Under the pieces are notes generated by a model, which did not search any database, was not told the DNA's origin, and saw only the letters and a list, made by a program, of their open reading frames with translations. From positions 1,120,001 to 1,184,000 of the forward strand of contig CAVSHF010000003.1 of assembly GCA_963727805.1 (NCBI GenBank): a stretch of 64,000 nt of DNA, written 5' to 3'. Of this stretch, positions 50,768-60,848 are shown piece after piece. The position numbers and the translations under genes were made by a program. How positions within the stretch are numbered: position 1 is the stretch's first letter; every line of letters starts with the position of its first letter. Origin of the DNA: an uncultured Nitrospiraceae bacterium. Its GTDB lineage: Bacteria; Nitrospirota; Thermodesulfovibrionia; Thermodesulfovibrionales; Dissulfurispiraceae.

Positions 50768-51007
50768 CTAGCACCCCTCAACAGCCTTTTTCTTGATGAT
50801 CTTACCGTCTTTGACCATAACTTTGTCGCCAACCTTGAATCCCTTAGCGTCTCCCTCAACAGTCGTTTCCTTGCCATCAGCAGCCTTAACGGTAATCTTG
50901 GTCCCCTCGATCTTACTGATCGCTCCCTTCACATCAGCAGCGAAACTGATCCCTGCAACTGCGACAGTGACGACGATCGCCACCAATACTACGAAAATCT
51001 TCTTCAT
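50768..51007 (-). CDS. Small secreted OB-fold-like protein with C-terminal EGC (ExtJ-like)
   Basis: Signal peptide MKKIFVV...SFA, KG.ISKIEG.KITV, KVGD.V, KKKAVEGC*. Confidence 0.7.
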   Translation of the reverse strand: MKKIFVVLVAIVVTVAVAGISFAADVKGAISKIEGTKITVKAADGKETTVEGDAKGFKVGDKVMVKDGKIIKKKAVEGC

Positions 51008-51073
51008 CCCTTTCACCTTCCTTCACAATTCTGTCTAAGACCAGCTTAGTGATTTTTGTTTCTGATTAAAGGA

Positions 51074-51124
51074 TACCAAATAATTGTGAACCCGCAGCGA
51101 AGAGATTATGAATAATTATGAATC
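51074..51124 (-). promoter_or_regulatory. Direct-repeat regulator box (TTCAYAAT x3-4), copy 2
   Basis: Minus strand GATTCATAATTATTCATAATCTCTTCGCTGCGGGTTCACAATTATTTGGTA followed by TCCT. Confidence 0.7.
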
Positions 51125-51183
51125 CACGTAGAGACAATGAGGTGCACATAAGCAGAGGTGAATTCTCCTTTTCTCTGATAACA

Positions 51184-52530
51184 TCAATGAGGAAACATTA
51201 ACGTGAAGACAGAGCCTTTTCCGAATTCGCTCCATACCGATATCACCCCACCGTGAGCCTCCGTCAGCTCTTTTACGATGGTTAGGCCGATGCCAAGGCC
51301 ACCTTTTAAGCCCCGATAGAACCTCTCGAAAATAAAGGGGAAATCCTCATCTCTGATGCCGCTCCCGCTGTCACCAACCTCGATGACCGTTCCGGAAGGG
51401 CTGTCAAAGGCCTTAATCCATGCATTGCCTCCCCTTTCCGTAGCCTTGAGAGCATTCGACAAAAGATTAATTATGACCTGACTCAGCCGGTCGGGATCAC
51501 CATTTATCGTAAGCCCTGCATCACAGGTCAGCTCCAGCTTGACACCCTTTTCTTCAAACAGCCTGCCGAAACGGCCCCAGATACCTTCCAGGAATGGCTT
51601 AAGAATGAAAACGCTTTTTCGGAGATAGCGGCTACTCGCCTCAGCTTGGCTAAGCTCCTCTATGCCTTCGATAATCTTGTTTAATCTGCCGATTTCCGAA
51701 TACAATGACTGGAGATTTTCTTTATCAAAAGGGATGAGGCCGTCCATCATACCCTCCAGTTCGCCGCGGATTGCACTTATGGGTGTTCTGAGCTCATGTG
51801 CGATGTTCGAGGTAAGTTTTCTTCTTAACGATTCCTGAACCTCGAGGGATTGTGCCATGCGATTGAATGAATCGGCAAGAGTGGCTATTTCGTCTCTGCC
51901 GGCAATGCTGACACGGCTTTTAAGATTGCCGGCACTGATCTCCATAGCCGCCTGTGTGAGCCCCTTTATAGGATTAGTCAATCTTCTCGAAACGACAATG
52001 CTAAGGATGATTGCGATGCCGCCTAGTGCAACCAATGATAGCAGAAGCAGCTCATCGGACCGAGCGATAAAGACCCCAGACTTTCGGGGCCTTAATAAGC
52101 CCACTTCAATATGCCCGATCTGTTCGCCCCCCAAAAATAATGGATAAGGCATGAATTTCTCGTCTGTCCTTCGTGCGTCAAAATCGGACAGTGCGATGAC
52201 CCTATTTAGAACTGCCTCAGGCTGGGCGGTGATGGCAGTTTCAGTATCCATTACAATGTCGCCTCTAATATCGTAAAGCTTGATATCGAAGCCGAGCATC
52301 ACCGCCCACAGCATATTTTCGACAATGTCCTTCTTGACCCATCCCTCATTTTTATCGTACGAACTCTCCAAGGCTGCCGTAATCCAATAGATTCGGTCTT
52401 CCCTTTCGCCTTCTAGATATTCCCCGAAATCGTTGAGCATCAGTTCCCTGAGAAGGAATGCTGCAGAAAGTGCAATAAGAGAGACAGTGACAAGCAGTAG
52501 AAGAAACTTAAGCCAGAGGCTCTTAAACAT
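51184..52530 (-). CDS. HAMP-domain sensor histidine kinase (BaeS-like)
   Basis: Two TMs, HAMP (DEI..LA.SFN.MA), AHELRTP H-box, NLLSNA N-box, D.GSGI, FERFYR, GLGIGL. Confidence 0.95.
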   Translation of the reverse strand: MFKSLWLKFLLLLVTVSLIALSAAFLLRELMLNDFGEYLEGEREDRIYWITAALESSYDKNEGWVKKDIVENMLWAVMLGFDIKLYDIRGDIVMDTETAITAQPEAVLNRVIALSDFDARRTDEKFMPYPLFLGGEQIGHIEVGLLRPRKSGVFIARSDELLLLSLVALGGIAIILSIVVSRRLTNPIKGLTQAAMEISAGNLKSRVSIAGRDEIATLADSFNRMAQSLEVQESLRRKLTSNIAHELRTPISAIRGELEGMMDGLIPFDKENLQSLYSEIGRLNKIIEGIEELSQAEASSRYLRKSVFILKPFLEGIWGRFGRLFEEKGVKLELTCDAGLTINGDPDRLSQVIINLLSNALKATERGGNAWIKAFDSPSGTVIEVGDSGSGIRDEDFPFIFERFYRGLKGGLGIGLTIVKELTEAHGGVISVWSEFGKGSVFTLMFPH

Positions 52531-53224
52531 CCTTTTTGCCGGAAAAACGGTACCCCACTCCGTAAATGGTAAGTATGTATTCCGGATTTCTCGGGTCTTT
52601 CTCTATTTTATGCCGTATATTCTTGATGTGTGCATCGATGCTCCTCTCGTACCCTTCAAACTGGTAGCCAAGGGCCTTTTCGACCAGTTCCTCGCGCGTA
52701 AAGACCCTGCCCGGATGCATAGCAAGAGTATGGAGCACCTTGAATTCGGTCGGAGTAACGTTTATCTGGTCTTCCGCTTTCCTGACTTCATAACTCTGCC
52801 CATCGATTATCAGAGCACCTTTATTAAAGCTGACTGGCGCCGCGTGTTCGAGGTCCCCTTTTTGCTGTCGCCTCAATACCGCCTTGATCCGGTATACTAA
52901 CTCCCTCGGGCTGAATGGTTTCACAACGTAGTCATCGGCACCAAGCGCGAAACCCGCTACCCTCTCCTCTTCAGAAGCCTTGGCGGTGAGCATGATAATA
53001 GGAAAGTCTCCGATGTGCCTTAACTCCTGGCATACCTCCTCCCCGCTGGTGTCAGGCAACATAAGATCTAAGACGGCAAGAAGTGGTTTTTCCTTCAGCG
53101 CCGCTTCTATCGCATCCTTTCCTTTGTCCGCATGAACAACGCGGTATCCTGCTCCTTCGAGGTAGACCTTTACGACTTTGGCAATCTTGCTGTCGTCTTC
53201 GATGATAAGAATGGGTTGGTTCAT
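52523..53224 (-). CDS. OmpR-family response regulator
   Basis: IIEDD, LDLMLP, MLTA, DDYVVKPFS, wHTH (TPTEF...IDAHIKNIRHK...YGVGY). Confidence 0.95.
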   Translation of the reverse strand: MNQPILIIEDDSKIAKVVKVYLEGAGYRVVHADKGKDAIEAALKEKPLLAVLDLMLPDTSGEEVCQELRHIGDFPIIMLTAKASEEERVAGFALGADDYVVKPFSPRELVYRIKAVLRRQQKGDLEHAAPVSFNKGALIIDGQSYEVRKAEDQINVTPTEFKVLHTLAMHPGRVFTREELVEKALGYQFEGYERSIDAHIKNIRHKIEKDPRNPEYILTIYGVGYRFSGKKDV

Positions 53225-53289
53225 AATTAATGTCTATTATATTGCACGGAGAAGAAAGTATTTTCAACTCCATTATATGTTATGATCGA

Positions 53290-53713
53290 CAATTGACGGC
53301 GACAGACTCAGTCTAGATCAGGAGCGCCCCAATATCATGGGGGAAGATAATCGCTAGAAAGACCACCCCGTATCTTGTCACAGTGGCATTTATTGAACTG
53401 CTCACCACGTAACTGCAGGAACGTATGTAGGAGTTCCGCGATTCACAGACACTAGCGCGCTGCAGGCATTTGCCCACAGCACGTCTTGTGGTAGTCTCCT
53501 GCCCTTTCGAAGTGACATGGCTCACTGTTTCATAGTCGTGGCAACAGCCGTATTTATATATAGCTCCATGCCGGGGAAAGTCAACAGCAACCAACCAACG
53601 ACACCTAACTTTTTGTAGGAAGGAGAATGAGACAGTAAGTTTCTATCAAAACCCACTGCTTGCCCCCTTCTGGCTTACGCCTAGCCGGGGGCATCCGCAA
53701 CTATTAGTTCAAA
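53290..53713 (-). ncRNA. Large structured non-coding element, copy B
   Basis: 53441-53504 and 53531-53713 match copy A; nested pairings suggest extension to ~53290. Confidence 0.6.
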
Positions 53714-53927
53714 AAGGTCATGTGGAATTCAGTATGACACACCGACAAGCGTATTTGATAAATACGGGGATCATTGTTGCACATTAGGCTGCGCTTAGCA
53801 CTTGGCTCTGCATCACCGATATGCCCGCTGCTCGACTCGCTCAAGGTGCTGGACAATGCGGTTACTATATTCTTTTATGCAACGGTAAGTCTTTGGTGTT
53901 CACGTTATTCTGTATATACTTTAACAC

Positions 53928-54359
53928 ATGGTAAACAAGCATGAAATCGCGTACCTGAGGCTTGCCCACGGCTGTTTTAATCTCACGATAGTGCTTTTTT
54001 TCATCTTCCAGGCATGGCTCGGATTACAAATAAGAAAAAAGAGAAAAGCAAAGCAATCTCCTCCATTTTCGATGATAAGAATACACAGAAAAATTGGTCC
54101 TGTTCTGATTCCGGCAGCAGTGCTCGGCTTTCTTTCCGGATGGGCCCTTATTTATTCTGATGTTGGATATTTGTTCAAATATCCTCTTCATTCGATTACA
54201 GGATCAGTCATCGCGCTGCTCCTGCTAGTCACGTATCCGGTTTCCAGATCAATAAGGGCAGGTGAGTCACTGTGGCGAGAACGTCATTACTGGCTTGGGT
54301 TATTTATAATGTGTCTGTATGGTATCCAGGCATTCCTTGGAATAGGGATACTGTTTTAA
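53928..54359 (+). CDS. DUF4079 / cytochrome b561-like membrane protein
   Basis: Four TMs, each with a His (AHG, IHR, LHS, RHY). Confidence 0.75.
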   Translation: MVNKHEIAYLRLAHGCFNLTIVLFFIFQAWLGLQIRKKRKAKQSPPFSMIRIHRKIGPVLIPAAVLGFLSGWALIYSDVGYLFKYPLHSITGSVIALLLLVTYPVSRSIRAGESLWRERHYWLGLFIMCLYGIQAFLGIGILF

Positions 54360-54395
54360 TAGATATCACGATATATTGCTGTAAAGGAGGATTCG

Positions 54396-54809
54396 ATGAG
54401 AAAATTTAGTTATTTGGTTTTAGCTGCCCTTCTCTTGACCGCTTTTGTGATAAGCGCTGCAGCAGAGGAAGAAAAGGCGGTAGTCGTTCCCATTGCTTCT
54501 GATGGAGTCCAGAGAGTGGAGATGCTCGGGGGAGACTATTTTTTTAAGCCAAAACATATCATCGTAAAAGTAAATGTGCCAGTCGAGATAATTATCCGAA
54601 AAGAATCCGGGCTCGTTCCCCACAATATTGTTTTGAATGCGCCCGAGGCTGGGATCAATATTTCAGAAGGTCTGGGCACTGATCCTAAAACCATACGGTT
54701 CACCCCGACCAAAACAGGAAAGTATGAGTTCTCTTGTGACAAAAAATTACTCTTTTTTAAGAGTCATAAAGACAAGGGCATGGAAGGAATGCTTGAGGTC
54801 GTTCAGTAA
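54396..54809 (+). CDS. Periplasmic cupredoxin-domain protein
   Basis: Signal peptide; PHN...GKYEFSC...SHKDKGMEG type-1 Cu ligand pattern. Confidence 0.85.
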   Translation: MRKFSYLVLAALLLTAFVISAAAEEEKAVVVPIASDGVQRVEMLGGDYFFKPKHIIVKVNVPVEIIIRKESGLVPHNIVLNAPEAGINISEGLGTDPKTIRFTPTKTGKYEFSCDKKLLFFKSHKDKGMEGMLEVVQ

Positions 54810-55102
54810 AAGTTGAGATTTTGATTCTCTTGCTGGATACTGAATAAAGGAGGCATAGGCGGCCTTCGCCGTCCTTGCCTCCGACGATAACGTCATATCT
54901 GAATCACTTTATCTGTGGAATAGTGAGCGACAATGACTTATCCAACTTCATTTATATTGGCCCTGTTACCTGACTGCGCTGTTTGACAGCCGCTGAGGTC
55001 ATCCTATTGGCAGAGTATTTGTCGCATTAGTCATGAGAAGGGATAATCCTTACGATGCTCTGCTTAATGTTTATTTAGGGGTGTACGGCTAGCTTTTTCC
55101 TA

Positions 55103-55597
55103 TCAGAAGCAGCTCCCTTCACAGAGGATAGGCTGGATCCTTTTCACCTCATCACTGCATTGAGGATCAAAGGGGAAACGTCCTTGTTTGTCGGACCAGA
55201 TCATCTGCAGCACCCTGAATTTCTTTTCTCCGTAATAGGAGGCTGTTTCGCACAGGTATTGCTTTGCACCGTTGGTGGGGACTTCAAGAAACCTGACTTT
55301 TATGTCACCAATCCTGAAATGACCGTTTCGGTCTGTAAAAGAAGCGCCTCCCCTGATTAAATTGGTGGCCTCAGTAATTAAAAGGGTTGATAAATCGTAC
55401 TCCAACCCAAATACAATAAGCTCAGGATGTTGCCAACTCTCTTCGATTCCTGCTGAGTAGGCGAAGGAAGGCAATTCCGCAAATGAATATACTATGCCAA
55501 AACCGTTCATCCTTATATTATAGTTCAGGACCTTTCCGCTCCCGGGAAGCGATGCACTGCCCGAGCAGGAACCGCATTTGCCATGTGTGTCACACAT
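55103..55597 (-). CDS. DUF4262-family protein
   Basis: FAYSAG...HPELIVFGL...LQMIWSDKQGRFPF. Confidence 0.75.
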   Translation of the reverse strand: MCDTHGKCGSCSGSASLPGSGKVLNYNIRMNGFGIVYSFAELPSFAYSAGIEESWQHPELIVFGLEYDLSTLLITEATNLIRGGASFTDRNGHFRIGDIKVRFLEVPTNGAKQYLCETASYYGEKKFRVLQMIWSDKQGRFPFDPQCSDEVKRIQPILCEGSCF

Positions 55598-55871
55598 AAA
55601 AGACTCCTTTCTGCATAGACCGTTCACCTTTAGCTCTTTTCCATATGGAGGAGAGGTCTAAGGTCTAGGATTAGACTTCTACGCATGCATTCAAGCCACC
55701 CTTTGACTTTCTGACTGTTTTGTCAGCCTCTGCTGTTCTCACTATTTTCGATATCTTCGATATCGCATATCAGCCCTCCAGTTTTCCGGTCGAATATAAC
55801 CACAGTTATATCTATATTTTAATTGTTTGTTGTATTTATATTCCGTGTGGACTCACAATAAAACATGGCTG

Positions 55872-56594
55872 TTAGACTCTTCTGCAAATAAACCCTACTC
55901 TTGGCAGAAATGGATAATAGAGATAAGGAGCATGTCCAAACCGTTGAATGTTGTGAAAGCCTGCCTTTCTTAAATTCTGAAAAAGATCTTCTGACGAACG
56001 AAGATGTATGGTAGAGATTCCTACAGAAAGCAGCTTCATATTTATCCAATCAAGAACTTTAATATTAGAGTTGCCTGCTTCCCAGAAACAGAAATACCCC
56101 CCCGGATTTAAAACTCGTTTCACTTCTTCCAACATCGCAAAGAGTGAATCATCGGCTAAGTGCTTTATCAAATAGGTACTGAGAACTACGTTAAAAGTCT
56201 TGTCCATGTATGGCAATTCTGTTCCACGTCCCTGTCTTATCCTAATCTTACCTTCAAGTCCACTCTGCTTGATTTCCCTTTTAGCTAAACCAACCATAAC
56301 AGGGGACACATCGAGGCCTTCAAGAGTTACTTTAAATTCTATTTTCTTGTGAAGATAAACAAGCAAACTTCCGCAACCGCACCCAATATCCAAGATCTTA
56401 TCGTCAGGATTGATAGACAGGGTCTTTGGAAGCTTCCTCGCAGGAGTATTCAGAAAGAGAATTCTTCCAGGAGCGAGCCAGTACCTGAACCATTTACCCC
56501 AAAAGGAACTCTGCCCGACCCACTGATCATATTCTCGTGCAGTCTTGTCTTGCTCATTTGCACAAGTATACTGAGACGAGTCGTTACAGAGCAC
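55872..56594 (-). CDS. Class I SAM-dependent methyltransferase
   Basis: ILDIGCGCG, GLDVSP.M, LPY.D.TF, RVLNPGG. Confidence 0.9.
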   Translation of the reverse strand: MLCNDSSQYTCANEQDKTAREYDQWVGQSSFWGKWFRYWLAPGRILFLNTPARKLPKTLSINPDDKILDIGCGCGSLLVYLHKKIEFKVTLEGLDVSPVMVGLAKREIKQSGLEGKIRIRQGRGTELPYMDKTFNVVLSTYLIKHLADDSLFAMLEEVKRVLNPGGYFCFWEAGNSNIKVLDWINMKLLSVGISTIHLRSSEDLFQNLRKAGFHNIQRFGHAPYLYYPFLPRVGFICRRV

Positions 56595-57597
56595 CCTTCA
56601 CCTGCCCAGCATCTTTCTTGTCCAGCAAAGTCCGCTGCTTGGGAAGGCCAAGCAGATCCAGTCCCTGATCGATAGTCGTGATCGGCATGTCAGGATAGTT
56701 CCTGTGGATATAGCTGATCAGTTCGCTCAACTGAGTGAGTTCGTTGTATATTATAAATTCAATACGAGCAGTTGCCCCGCTCATTGTCCCTGTGACGGTA
56801 TCCCCGGATTGGGGCTGACCGGAAAACGGAACCATGTACATTGCGAATCCATAAATTGGGAACCAGTGCAAAGTGACATACCGTGCCACGGTACCCGAAG
56901 GACTCAGCCTGAGCGTTTCGCCTTTGGTGAAAGATCCCTGCTTATCCGTTATCTTTACCTTGGCATCTATCTCATGCTGATAGAAAATCAGCCACGACTT
57001 ATCCGCATAGGCTTGGTCGATGTAGTTCTTCATCAGGGGGATGTTGTGTTTCATGCTGAATGATTTCAAATAATAAGGATCAATTTCCCCCCTATTGAAT
57101 GAGTTCGTTCCGCCTCTGCCGGACCGGTAGTATTTGCCGGCAATCTTCCCAATCATTGCATTGCTCTTGTTAAACGGATACACAATGCTATTAATAGTCA
57201 GTCCCAGACCTTCGAGGACAGCTTTGGACTGAGCGAATTCGGCTTCTACTTTGTCCGGTGTCAGTGATCTCAGATTAGGATGGGACGCCGTATGGCTCAT
57301 GATCTCCCAACCCGCATCCCTGAGCTCGATAATCTGGGGAGCGGTGAGATGGTACTGTGTATTGATCCAGTCGGTAGTGATGGCAGAACAGGCAACTGCG
57401 CCCTGCTCCGCGAATATTTTTTTCCCCACCAGATAGTCCGTATCGTCTCCGTCGTCGAAAACAAAGGTAACTAGGGGAACAGACTTACCGCGATAGAAGT
57501 CAACCCGCGGAGGAGCAGCACTGCAGGCAGCCAAAATAATCAAAGTCACCGTAACTATGAAAAATCGTCTCATCACTCTCCCATCAGAAAGAAGCAT
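56584..57597 (-). CDS. Polysaccharide deacetylase-family lipoprotein
   Basis: LAAC lipobox, TFVFDDG, WEIMSHTASH, YPF, IFYQH. Confidence 0.85.
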   Translation of the reverse strand: MLLSDGRVMRRFFIVTVTLIILAACSAAPPRVDFYRGKSVPLVTFVFDDGDDTDYLVGKKIFAEQGAVACSAITTDWINTQYHLTAPQIIELRDAGWEIMSHTASHPNLRSLTPDKVEAEFAQSKAVLEGLGLTINSIVYPFNKSNAMIGKIAGKYYRSGRGGTNSFNRGEIDPYYLKSFSMKHNIPLMKNYIDQAYADKSWLIFYQHEIDAKVKITDKQGSFTKGETLRLSPSGTVARYVTLHWFPIYGFAMYMVPFSGQPQSGDTVTGTMSGATARIEFIIYNELTQLSELISYIHRNYPDMPITTIDQGLDLLGLPKQRTLLDKKDAGQVKGAL

Positions 57598-57801
57598 ATA
57601 TCATTTATTTTAATGCAATGACATTATGAAATGCAGCATTCATCCGTGCTTTTATGATCCAAACGCTCGAGCGTGCTTCGAGGAAGTTCGCATATTGGCC
57701 ACTTTAAAAAGAGTTCTTGTAGCTTTAAGGAACATATTCAACATATCTTTCAGAAAATACGCGAGGCAAATAGATCTAAGGGAGTTAGACAATTTTCCAC
57801 G

Positions 57802-59169
57802 TCAATTGAGTCTTGAAGATGTCCCCCCCTCTGAATGTGGAGCTCTTACCAAGGAATCCGACTCCTCTTTTAAGACAGCATCGATTATAAAGTCGCAAAC
57901 ATCTTCAACGAAATAGGCGCCATATTTTGACAATCTTATAGCCCCGTCTTGGTTTTCAATACATCCATACTCGCTGAGTTGTGACAATAGAGAAGAAAAC
58001 GCATCAAGCGGGTCCTGACTGAATCTACCGTGGAACTGCTTTCTATCGAGGCCTTGTTTGACCTGCAGGTTCAATAATAGAGACCGGTACATTTGCTCTT
58101 TTTCGGTCAGAGCAATGTACCTGCCAATAGGCAGCACACCTTTTTTAAGCATATTTATATAGGTTGATAGCTCTTCGTGCTTATCGTAGCAAATTGTTTT
58201 GGTATAAGACCGTGCCCGTGAACCAAATGCTATAATGGGCATTTCTTTTAACCAGTGATAACGGTATCCCCACTGTTTATCATCAGTGAATCGTCCGTTT
58301 TGCTCGTATCCGTTTATGCTCATCCATTCCTGCGTAATACAAACCATTTCGAACAGCGTGTCGTTGTTAACAACTAGGCCAGGATTATCTTTATAAAGTT
58401 TTACGATGAGAGGGTTCACGATTTCATGTCTGATGTACTCAATCGAATCAGGACGTATCGACTCCAATAATTCAAGGTCTTTCTTTACTCCTTCCACGGT
58501 CTGTCCGGGAAGTCCCGTCATCATATCAATGTTGATTCTGATACCAGTTTCCTGAGCATCCCTGACAATCTTTGCAATCTGTTCCGGGGTATTCTGCCGG
58601 TTGCACAAACGGAGTACCGCTTGATCGAAAGTTTGACAGCCGATACTTAATCTGTTGATCCCGATAGTCCCTAAACCACTTATCCTCTTTTTGTCGGAGA
58701 GTGTTTGGGGATGGGCCTCAGACGTTATACTGCAGTTATCAGACAAGACAATACATGAGGAGATTTTGTCCAAAATAAGCTTTATGTCCTCATTGGAGAA
58801 TGACGTGGGAGTTCCACCGCCAAGATAGATGCATTTGGCCTTTTTACCAATGAAAACTTCGCGATTAGTTACAAGCTCAATCTCTTTCAGCAAATTGGCT
58901 AAATAATCCTTTTGGGCTTCCTTGTCGACCTTATGCGGAAACGAATTACAAAACAGACATTCAGAAAAACAGAAAGGCAGATGAACATACACCAATATTT
59001 CTTCTTCTTTTAAACTCTCTTTTACCTTTTCAACAAACCCATCTACCTGTGATGGTGCGAGCATTTTGAATCTATGAGGAGTAAACAGATCCGGTTGGCT
59101 TTTTGTATAATCAGTTGAACCGTAAAAGAGTTTTTCTCGTATGATGTCGAGTGATTTGTTTGTTTTCAT
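57802..59169 (-). CDS. HemN-like radical SAM enzyme
   Basis: YVHLPFCFSECLFC, YLGGGTPT, RLSIGCQTF, NIDMMTGLPGQT; alternative start 59199. Confidence 0.88.
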   Translation of the reverse strand: MKTNKSLDIIREKLFYGSTDYTKSQPDLFTPHRFKMLAPSQVDGFVEKVKESLKEEEILVYVHLPFCFSECLFCNSFPHKVDKEAQKDYLANLLKEIELVTNREVFIGKKAKCIYLGGGTPTSFSNEDIKLILDKISSCIVLSDNCSITSEAHPQTLSDKKRISGLGTIGINRLSIGCQTFDQAVLRLCNRQNTPEQIAKIVRDAQETGIRINIDMMTGLPGQTVEGVKKDLELLESIRPDSIEYIRHEIVNPLIVKLYKDNPGLVVNNDTLFEMVCITQEWMSINGYEQNGRFTDDKQWGYRYHWLKEMPIIAFGSRARSYTKTICYDKHEELSTYINMLKKGVLPIGRYIALTEKEQMYRSLLLNLQVKQGLDRKQFHGRFSQDPLDAFSSLLSQLSEYGCIENQDGAIRLSKYGAYFVEDVCDFIIDAVLKEESDSLVRAPHSEGGTSSRLN

Positions 59170-59297
59170 AGGCAATATGTGCTTACGTTCAAACTGCATG
59201 TTTTATGTAGTAGTGAATGTAAGCGAAATCTTATCATGGTTAAGGACGCAAATACAAGATATTTCTGGTCTCTATATATTGACTTAGCTACCATCCG

Positions 59298-59912
59298 ATG
59301 ATAAAATCAGAAATGAAAAATCTCATTTTCATAACTGTTCTGTTATATTTATTCTATGTCCCTCAACAGTCTGCTGCCCAGGAAAATTTCACGCCGATCT
59401 TTAACACTGCAAAAAGTCATTTGACCTTTTCTCTCGGATATGGCGAATCATATCCTGGATTCGGAGAAACAAAGACAAGGGTTCAAGATGTTGATTTCAT
59501 ACTAAAATACGGTCATTTTCTGTCGGAAGAAATAGGTGACTCGTGGTATCGGGGCAGGCACGAGATACTTATTGAAGTCCCTTTCTACTATGTTGCTAGC
59601 CCGAAGTCTGCTATAATGACCGGGATCAATTTTCTTGCCTGCTGGGATTTCACCTCCTTGTCAAAAAAAGTCGTGCCTTATCTGTTCGCTGGAGGTGGTG
59701 CCGTTTATACAAATCTGAATTTGCCCAATGATCTCGGGTCGAAGTTTAACGGCAACTACCAGGCGGGTGTCGGCACTCATTATTTTCTTACCCGTAATAT
59801 AGCCATCGATTTTAACGCTCGCTATCATCACATATCCAATGCAGGTACTGCAAAGCCGAATGTGCCTTTAAACTCTTCAAAAGTATTGATAGGGCTCTCT
59901 CATTTCTGGTAA
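59298..59912 (+). CDS. Acyloxyacyl hydrolase / PagL-like outer-membrane beta-barrel
   Basis: Signal peptide; PYLFAGGG, RYHHISNAG...PN, terminal aromatic residue. Confidence 0.85.
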   Translation: MIKSEMKNLIFITVLLYLFYVPQQSAAQENFTPIFNTAKSHLTFSLGYGESYPGFGETKTRVQDVDFILKYGHFLSEEIGDSWYRGRHEILIEVPFYYVASPKSAIMTGINFLACWDFTSLSKKVVPYLFAGGGAVYTNLNLPNDLGSKFNGNYQAGVGTHYFLTRNIAIDFNARYHHISNAGTAKPNVPLNSSKVLIGLSHFW

Positions 59913-60077
59913 TTCACTTAAGTAAGGTTTAATAATTTTATGTGACGAAGTTATACTATGAAGAGAGGTCCTCAACCGATAAAGATCAATTCGGGCATTA
60001 TTCTGGAATACTTATGGGTTGCTGGTTAGCGAACACAAAGTGGAAATAATGTCGTCAAGAAATGAAAGGAGAAAGTT

Positions 60078-60686
60078 ATGACAATGCATGTTAGGGGAAG
60101 TATGTTTGGTAGCAAAGCGTGGCATACGGCAGTCGTCCAGGTCATCTACATCGTTTTTGTAATGACAGTTTTATTCCCGGCGGCAGCTTTCTGTGGTTCG
60201 GACAGACTTATCGACAGCAATGAATACAAAGACAAAGACTTTCATAAGGGCATTATCAAGGAATACACCGACATGGTCAAAGGAGACAATGTTGATTGGG
60301 TGTGGGTCAACCCTTCGGAAAAACTCGCTCCATATAAGATAAAGGTCGGGACTATCACCAACATGTCGGATTCGCACAGCAAATCTCTGGTCGAGTCGGT
60401 CAAATCCATATTTGCGAGTTCCTTGGCGGATATTGCAGGAAACAAGGGAACGCTAACAGCTGAACTGTGCATAACGGAAGTGCAGAATTATGCTCCGGGC
60501 AAGGCATGGATTCCGTTTGCCGGAGGACACCAGATGCAGGCTGGCATGGGAGTCGAAATGATTATACGTGATCAAAATAACAAGATTGTGGCAAAGTTCA
60601 GGCATTTTGATCGCCGAGGCATGGACGTCAAAGATGCTGCAGAGGAAGTAGCTGATCACATGGTAAATTATATATCCAAACATTGA
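60078..60686 (+). CDS. Secreted hypothetical protein (DUF4410-like)
   Basis: Signal peptide; RBS AAAGGAG. Confidence 0.6.
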   Translation: MTMHVRGSMFGSKAWHTAVVQVIYIVFVMTVLFPAAAFCGSDRLIDSNEYKDKDFHKGIIKEYTDMVKGDNVDWVWVNPSEKLAPYKIKVGTITNMSDSHSKSLVESVKSIFASSLADIAGNKGTLTAELCITEVQNYAPGKAWIPFAGGHQMQAGMGVEMIIRDQNNKIVAKFRHFDRRGMDVKDAAEEVADHMVNYISKH

Positions 60687-60784
60687 TAGGAAAGCGACCC
60701 CGATCGGAAAATGATTTGAGGAGCATAAAGCGCTCTAAAGGCTTGATACGATAAAAGATACCGTTATCAATTCATTGGTTGCTC

Positions 60785-60812
60785 AAGAGGAGTCATCGAT
60801 ATTACTCCTCTT
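60785..60812. terminator. Bidirectional terminator-like hairpin
   Basis: AAGAGGAGT-N10-ACTCCTCTT followed by a T-run, between convergent genes. Confidence 0.55.
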
Positions 60813-60848
60813 TTCTTGTCGTGTGGTTAGATTGATTACGTGAGCTCG

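Noticed and set aside
50768..50776. Selenocysteine at the end of the EGC protein
   Set aside because: Codons are GGG TGC TAG: Cys then amber stop, no in-frame TGA
53441..53570. Element as an M-box riboswitch or group I intron
   Set aside because: Only superficial matches (ATAC-GCTG...GCAGC; GAGACTA); the M-box AGGTGAGG/TGCTAAA motifs and the group I P7 partner TAGTC are missing
54849..55035. Additional structured RNA downstream of the cupredoxin gene
   Set aside because: The GGAGGCA...TGCCTCC hairpin is adequately explained as a terminator; other short complementarities lack support and show no similarity to elements A-C
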